From Phoronis australis (taxonomy: Eukaryota; Animalia; Phoronida): a stretch of DNA of 62,910 nucleotides. A model generated the notes under the pieces. It was not told where the DNA came from and ran no database searches. It was given only the letters and a program-made list of their open reading frames with translations. Below, piece by piece: positions 55,089 through 62,910 of the stretch. A program made the translations under genes and the position numbers. The DNA lies in the NCBI GenBank assembly GCA_002633005.1, contig NMRA01000032.1:1338940-1401849 (forward strand), written 5' to 3'. Position 1 is the stretch's first letter. Each line of letters begins with the position of its first letter.

Positions 55089-58050
55089 TAACTTCAAATG
55101 AAAGGTTGCACTGCTTCTGCTGACAGCCACTTCAAATGACAGAACTTTTGTCTGAAAGAGTAGCATCATTGTCTCAGGGAGATCCTAACACTTTGATTTC
55201 AACTGCGACTACTTCTCTATGAAAAATTACAGTAGGGCAAAACATCAAACAAGAAAATCATCAGCTACAAAACCAAAGTCATCAATATGCCCGTAATAAA
55301 TGCCATTATATCAATTAAATAAATTAGATTAGAGACTTATGAAAACGCTTCTGATGAACTTTATTGGTTAATATAAATAACTTATCCACCGTCATATTGT
55401 TTATGAGCACTGCAGTTGTTGGGAGAAGTGTGACCTCACCATTTCCGAGTCAATTCCTGTCAAAACAGTTAATCACAGCTACACCATATTAAGTGTAACC
55501 AACTTCTTGTTTGTAACCCTGTCGTTGAAAAAGTAAACCAAGGTATTGCCTGCTACTACAGCGAAATGTAGAGCTCAATGGTTATATTATGGAAAAATCA
55601 TCAATTTCGACCAAAAATAATTGCCAAAATTGCACTTTCTTCTATTTTCAAAGGGTTCTTACATTGTTTTGAATATCCGCATTTTTTCAATTATTATGTT
55701 TGTTGGTAGCAACAGCACAGAATAAGAATCTGGAAAAGCAATATTTTGATACTCTGGGTCATTCATCAAAACAAAAGAAACTGAAATTTCACTTGTCTGC
55801 CATGTCTTGAGGTTTTACGGTAGTCAAATTCTGTTTCTTTTTTTCAACTCTGCAAGCAAAATTTGTCAAGTTATTTAGTTTGCAAAACAGTTCTGTGTCT
55901 ATATTTTATTTCACAGTAAATTATAGGACAACCATATACTTATTACAGTCACGCAACAGCTGATAATGTTTCGATCCTGAAGTAGCAGACGATGCATGTA
56001 ACATGCAATACATGGCTGAGCCTCTTTATCTTTTACGCACTAAAAGGGAATGTTATCTAGCGACGTGAAAACAACGCAATATTACTTAAATAAAATGCCC
56101 ATGAAAATGAATTTTATAACCGCGTGAATGTGTCACTTCAGATCAGAGTGAAGTGCACTGTCTTCAGAAAGAACTTAACATACCCAGAGATAAATGGAAA
56201 CTTAAACTGGAAAAATGTAACACTATGGTGAAGAGAATTTTGTGGATTTTTCAACGCCACATCAAATGCTCACATTTTCACTAAAGGTTATTTGAGGACG
56301 CTTGTAAGGTTCATTTTGTTGAGAAATCAGGCAAAAAAATTTGCACTTTTTCACAACATTGTGACTTAAAGATTTTTTATCAAAGCACGAAATATCTACA
56401 AAATAATTCCGTGTGTATTACCCCACACTTTTTTATGTGTCAAAAGAAACTGCTGTCATCCTTTATATAAATATTAAAGCTGTATTTCGGTGTTATTTTG
56501 CTGTCAACATTGAATTCTTAACCGAAGCCCGTTAAGGTTTAAGAACAATAACACGCTCATCTGATCATGAATTATTAATGAACGAATCGGCAACTCAAGT
56601 CGGCACCTCCAGTCACGGTAACGCTTGCATGCACCATTTCTGATTTTGCAATTTTAGGGTTGACTTACCCCAATAAACTCTGAAAATTTTTCTTGAATCG
56701 CTGATGGTTTTGGCGTTCTTGTTGATAATGCAAATAGAACCCTATTGGGGTAAGGAATATTGCGAGACCGATTTCAAGGTCACATTCGATTTTCAATTCT
56801 AGCCAGCTAAATATGGTGAAAAGCAGCTTTGAAAGGGGCAGAGTCCTGTATAAGTGTTTACAGTGGTAGTAATTAAGAGATATCCCACTTTCCCATGGTT
56901 AGACCAGAACACGATTGTGGGAAAAATCTGCAGGCGAGCACAAAATCAATGGCTAGGATTAATCGGGCAAGACAACAGTAATACAATAAGACTGCTTTTC
57001 TGAAGGTTCAAATTACGCAAATCCACTCGGGACTTAAGACAGTAAGCTGAAATACAGAAGCAAATGAAAAATAGAGTTATTAGAAATGATATCGTGTTTC
57101 TCCAGCACAAACTCCTCAAAAGTCGTCAAGCTAATTACTTTTCTGTCAGTGATTTAATAACTTAGGCACTTTGATTAAGCCTCTTCAGAAAATTATTTTG
57201 CAAGATACACGAAACTAAGAATTTTTACATTGTTGCAAAATTAGAAGTGGATAGCAGTATCTTAGGGTAAGTCCTAAAAATGCACAATTGAAATATTTGT
57301 AAATTTTCACTTGAAATACAAGAATGAACACATGAAGTGTAGAATTTACCTAATTTTTTGATAGAAAATTACTGAATACAAAGTTAAGCTATCAAAAATG
57401 TTGTTGCATGAGGTGAAAATTCTGCATTTCTTGTAGATGAACGCAGACGCATAACCAAAACCATGACACAGAAAACAACGGTTTTGGTTTCAGACACCAA
57501 TTTTTTTAATTTTCAAAATAATATCCTAATCTTGCTTCCTTGCCTCACTATGCAGCCGCACACAATCAAATTAACAACACAACAAAGATTTTTTCCATGA
57601 TCAATACAGTTTTTCAACAAAATCAAATAGTAATACCATGAATTGAGACTGTCAGATTTAACAAGATGAATGTGTTTTGGCGCATGAGATTTTCCATTAA
57701 ATCACAGCGTAATGCAAACATCAATTAAAACATCATAATTTTTCAGCATTGATTTCTTTCACTAAAAATTTATGCAAATACTGAACGAAGACAATACTGA
57801 TGGATCGGATTATGCGAAAATGTCTCCAATTTCAAAATCAATTCTGACGTTGGTCAGACTAAAATCACAACAAACATGAGCCTTGATAATCAACGTCATT
57901 AGATCAACGCAAGGGGTGTGGTGGTGTTACCTCTTTATTTGTTTTGAACATTAGGAGATCACAGGTAAGCCAGACAGGTAACACAAGCCTGACAACAGTG
58001 ACGAAAGATCAAGCATTGACCACCCACATCATTCTAAATATAAAAGTAAG

Positions 58051-58094
58051 TGTACGTGACACGCAATCAAACTGTACGTGACATGCAATCAAAC
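58051..58094. repeat. 22-bp tandem duplication (tgtacgtgacaYgcaatcaaac x2)
   Basis: Read directly from the sequence; one mismatch. Confidence 0.9.
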
Positions 58095-59799
58095 ATAATT
58101 TCCAGGTTTGACATTCAGCATTTTGTTTAATGCTGGATATCTACTATTAATACCAGAGATTAATGAAAAATAAATCAAGCGATCAAAAAAAATTAAATTT
58201 TGAAAAAAGAAGCAAACATAATGGGAAGCGGCTTGTTTTTGAAGTAAAAATAGATAGTGATGAATCAAGTTTTTTTCTGAAGGTGACATGGTGGATTCAT
58301 TGCAAGGAGTCAGGAACAAATTAAAAGACAAGTATTGGAAGTTACAGTTGAACTTTTAAATTTCATTCATATTTAAAAGTCTATGAACTCCTTTCATGTG
58401 ACCTTTCACATTTGCTAATTTTTTAACAATAAACAAACTGTGTTAAGAATTCCTCAAGAGTAATTCCACAACCATAGACCTTTTCACACTTTGTGGACCA
58501 TCTGTCTTCCAGAACACATGTTGGCTGAAAATACTGAAAATATAGGTTACTTTCTCTGTTTTCATTGGCTGGTTTTTTCTGCTTTGGATGACTGGTATCC
58601 CACAATTCATTGTAATGTGACGTATCCGTCAATCAGTAAAAAGGTCATTGCTATTCAAAGCTGCCCCGGAATTTTCAATATCCGCTTTTTCATCAATTTG
58701 GTTTCCCAGAAATGTAATTCTGTCGTGTATGCAATATTCTTCGAATGCTGAAACTTTTGTCACTTTGTCTTTCCTGATTGAGCTGGATAGGATAGACTTT
58801 CAGAAGTTATTAGCTGTGACCAAAGATTTCTACGAAACAATAAAATCTGTTGGTCTAGTGTTTTAATTACAAACTGCCAATTATCGCCGTTTTTGCCAGA
58901 CACAGTTAAGGCTGGTGACTTATGTCGCTTTCCAATCAACACTACAACTTCCGTTTTCTGCTCTATGGGAAAGCATAACTCCTGGATTTCATTAAGTATC
59001 ACAATTCCTCTCAAAACAGGTGGATTAAAATGCAGGGCTGCTTAAAGAGTTATGGAACACGAAAGCTCGTCAAAAATATATTTTAAACTTGCTGACGAAA
59101 GTACCATTTCGCAACATCTACTAAAGAGTTCTTTACTTTCTCCTGTGAAGAAATTTCCAGAAAAAAATAAAAAATTTACGATTTTTGAAATACATGCAAA
59201 GAAAAAACTTTGTAGTCACCACAGAGTTTCTGCCTCCCTCCCACTTAGATAAATAATATGTGCATGCAGCAAACAGCCGACTCAGACAAAATGGATATTA
59301 ACAACAGATTATGTGTGATGGCACTACGAATCTGAAGCCGACAGCACAGTTTGAGGCATGCCAGTGAAGCAAGCAACTTTCCAAAAATAATTGCAAGAGC
59401 ACTTTAGTAACATTTCACAATACCTATAACTAATTTTAAGCAGATAGGAGTTACATCAATTGTCTTTTTATTGAACTGGCTGTTACTTGTAGTCCCAACT
59501 GTTTTGTTTACATCAAAGATAAAAGGTCACATTTTACTGAGATAAAAGCTACCTCTTTGACTTGCCAACCAAATAAGGACATGTACTTTGCCTTGTGAGA
59601 GAAAAAAACGACGAAGTGACAGCCAGTTGAGATCGTTTTTTTGAAGTTTGAAACTAAAAGAAAAATGCTTTGACATCAACAGAAATTCAAAATCTTTACA
59701 AACAAACTGTAAAAATACCAGGTGAGCAGGTTGAATTCTGTTTTAGTGGTAGAGAACCACTTTGAATACTGGCAATTTAGTCTGTTTTTCACTTTCCAG

Positions 59800-59934
59800 C
59801 ATGGGCAGCGCAGCATAGGGGGTTAGGGGGGCCATTAAGCCCCACACTATTTTCAGGGCTGCACCACCCATGGTGCACCACAGGGGGGCTAGGGGGCTTT
59901 AGCCCCACTTTTTTTCAGTGCTGCGCCGCCCATG
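59800..59934. mobile_element. 135-bp MITE with 16-bp TIRs and 5-bp TSD TCCAG; internally a dimer of a ~65-70-bp unit
   Basis: catgggcagcgcagca / tgctgcgccgcccatg match at 15 of 16 positions, with TCCAG on both flanks. Confidence 0.85.
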
Positions 59935-60913
59935 TCCAGCCCTCTTTAACTCCGCTTCATTGGTAGAAGTAATTCTTAAAGGTTGCGACAACAATCAGGA
60001 GAGACTTCACGAATGACATGCTCTCTATAGTCACACGTAAAGGAATACGATAACAAATATGTGACAGAGAATAACACTGATCAGCCTGGCGTTATTTATC
60101 GTAAATGACAGGGGAAGTTTATTAACCTCGAATCCATTAGTTTGGGAGTATGATACAAATACGCCACCTTGTGTTTGAATCACAGAACTAAGGGTAATTC
60201 GCCAGTCAATTGGAAAGGTAAAGTGGAGTTGCGGTGGAATTGCAATAGACCGGAGTTCCTCATTGCGGTGTTGGTGGGAAAGTGGCATTAAATACACTTA
60301 GAATACAATAATTTAACTAACATTTGGCTGCAACCGTGAAGGATCCCTGTTCAAATCTGCGCAGATGTTCTCAGAAAATCCCTTTCCTTGTTGATGATGC
60401 CACTTTAACCCCTGGCGAAAAATCTATAACCAAGTCTTCTAAAAAATGTGAAGAAGCAAAGCTTCAAAAATACGACACAGAACAGTCCGAAATAGAGAAA
60501 ATTCTAAGATTTTCAATCCTAGAAAACTTTCCAATATCTGTACTGAAAAACTGACCAGCATTCAAAATTGGACAAGTAAAGGAAAAACACAGCCTGAAGT
60601 TATTAATTATCAAAAATAAACATCCTTTTTCTCACCTCCGAGAGGATCAGCAGAGGTGACCGGACATTAATTTTGATCGAAAGCCATTATGAGCTATTGG
60701 CATCAAATGATGTGAATGCTTTAATCATTAACTTCTAAATAGCAATCCTGATGGGTGGTCGTCAGTTAATGGTGGAGCACTACTCAGGTAGATGGAATAA
60801 ATAGCCAAGGGATATGAATCACTTCACACAAGAGCTCATACAAGCAATCTAACTTTGGTGTTTTATTCATTAATTAAATACGATAACATCCTTTCAAAAA
60901 GTACTGGGACTGT

Positions 60914-62610
60914 CACACAGAGGGCACTGCCATAGATGGTATAAACAATGTTACATTTCAGTTTGCCCACTAGAGGGTGCTTTTTCAATAAAATGGCACA
61001 CAAAAGTGTGCCTAAAGTATGCAATTTTATTCCCTACTAAAAATTCGTGTAAGGGAAACATTTTCCCACTAGAAAAATCTACAGAGAATGGTTCAGTATC
61101 TTCATTTTTAAAGCCGTGGCTACACATTTATGATATCACATCTGACTTCTTGAACTGTTTGAGGGTGTAATGGGGAAAAAGATAAGAATACCAACAAAAT
61201 GGTTACCGTAAAAACTCATTGGTTGTGGACCCAGCATGGCTGACTAATGAAATCTATCTCAAGAACAAATATCAGGAAATTCTACTTTGTTTTGAACATG
61301 GTGTGTATAATGCAACTGTCACCAAACAATGTTCGGTAAGATTTTGAGCATTTGCACTAATGGAACAAGTCAATGACAAACTGAAGAAGAGTAACAAAAG
61401 CATTCAAACACACCTACGGTACACATGAAATGGTATGGTAATTCTTCAACTATTAAGCACACAATATGGCCAACTAACAAAATTTCTTTTTTCAAATTGA
61501 TCTACAAAAATAAAGATTAAGAAAATAACATTTGATAAATTTTATTTTTTATTATTTGCAGTGAAGTAATGGCCTTTGAAAATAAGAAAAACGACAATTT
61601 TGGCAATTATTTTTGAATGAAATAAGTGAAGAATTACTGTATGTTTCCATTGGTGCATATCAGCTTCATGTGAGCTACATTAGGAGACAATAATTTGGCT
61701 GCAAGGGATATCTGCAAAAGTCAGAATCGACGGGAAAGTGTTGAACCTAATAACTGGAACCAACTTCAAATGAAAAAAAAACTTAGAAAGATGAAGTTTT
61801 CAATATTTTCAACAAAAAACAAACAAAAGTAACCAAAGAAATTGAAATGTGCCCTCGGATGCACCTCAAACATTATGCTCCCAGGGGTGTTTATGAGTAC
61901 AATGTTATACTTAAAATAAAAAGGGCCACTGGGGGGACAGTATAAGTTAAATCTATCTCGAACAAGGCAAATACTGTCACATACTTGATAGAAACTCATT
62001 TGCCAAATTGCCTGAGCATCCATAAAAAGCCTGGTAGAAATAGAACCGTACGGAATGAAAATCTAAATTGGCACTACAGGGAGCCACTGTAGTCGTGCCA
62101 GTCCCAACTCAACATCATGTGTACCGTACCATCATCAACAAACTTGATGAACATTGAGCGGCACGCAAAAACAAATTTGCCACTAGGGGGAATAAAGTTA
62201 AGTTGAAAACATCCGGAAATCTATGGCAGTCATGATCATCTCAATAGAAACACATCTGTAAGCTTTCATAATGATCATTGAAGCATTATATAATTACTAG
62301 TCTTCATACATGCCATATGTTGGCTACATCACGTGACTTGCATGTAAGTCCGAAAAGATCTCTGTCCTGAATGGGCACTATAGTCGATAGAGAGGGAGAC
62401 ACGAACAATAGATGCAAAATAATACAAAATGGCCACTAGGGGGTGCATTAAATACATTGAACCCATCAAAAATAGAAATGTGTCATTGATTGTCGTCTTA
62501 GTAGAAAGCTAATTGGCCAATTTCATGAAAATCCATGAAGAGAAGTATACACAAAGAAAAGTTCCAACTTTTTTCTTTTCTTCAATTTAATGAATGCCAC
62601 TAAGGGGCAC
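60914..62610 (+). promoter_or_regulatory. Cluster of same-orientation CTCF-like motifs
   Basis: CCACTAGAGGGTGC (60967), CCACTGGGGGGAC (61926), CCACTAGGGGGAAT (62180), CCACTAGGGGGTGC (62433) and CCACTAAGGGGCAC (62597), plus a weaker match at 60914. Confidence 0.4.
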
Positions 62611-62626
62611 CACATAAGTTTGACTA

Positions 62627-62785
62627 CCGTAATCGTTCGGGTTAACGCCCATGCTCAGTTAACCGCCCATCCTCGACTTTACGTGGATTTCGATTTAACC
62701 GCCCACTGCTCAGTTAACCGCCCCCCTGCGATTTTTGAAGATTTCCAATTAAGCGCCCACCTCTCGGTTAAGCGCCCATCCCCGA
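62627..62785. mobile_element. Left end of a TA-flanked Tc1/pogo-like element with subterminal TTAASCGCCCA repeats; probably extends past the window
   Basis: TA|CCGTAA start followed by about six copies of ttaa(c/g)cgccc(a). CpG-rich relative to the flanks. Confidence 0.6.
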
Positions 62786-62910
62786 CTTTTAAAGAATGAA
62801 GATTTAGCGCCTAGTGCTAAGGAAACGCGCGATTCCCCGACTTTTAGAAAAAGATGATGATCACAAAGAGCGCAACGACGCCGGGCTTCCGAGACGGTGG
62901 TTTAGCAATG

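Noticed and set aside
1222-62799. Remaining 60-130-aa ORFs in the six-frame track; CRISPR arrays, operons or other prokaryotic systems
   Set aside because: The ORFs are antisense shadows of real exons, or repeat-derived or random frames without motifs. The DNA is spliced eukaryotic sequence and I saw no repeat-spacer array, tRNA or rRNA.

Overview
AT-rich, repeat-rich eukaryotic genomic DNA, most consistent with a bilaterian invertebrate (probably marine) draft assembly with two single-N contig joins. All supportable genes are on the minus strand. (1) The last five coding exons of a histidine acid phosphatase most similar to ACP6 (31869 to 27796); every intron is GT-AG and phase-consistent, but I could not find the 5' RHG-motif half. 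(2) A two-exon DEG/ENaC (FaNaC/ENaC-like) channel gene (26228 to 24098), intact except for one in-frame TAA. (3) An intronless 409-aa rhodopsin-class peptide GPCR of the FMRFamide-receptor-like type (50241 to 49012), possibly nested in a very long ACP6 intron. (4) A signal-peptide first exon at 13458-13380 of an unidentified gene running off the left edge. The rest is intron or intergenic DNA with many small non-autonomous DNA transposons (including four with 5-bp target-site duplications), hairpin MITEs, SINE relics, a THAP-domain relic and a cluster of CTCF-like motifs. Most short ORFs in the supplied track look spurious. I found no convincing evidence of a wholly new biological system; the best leads are listed as findings with modest scores.
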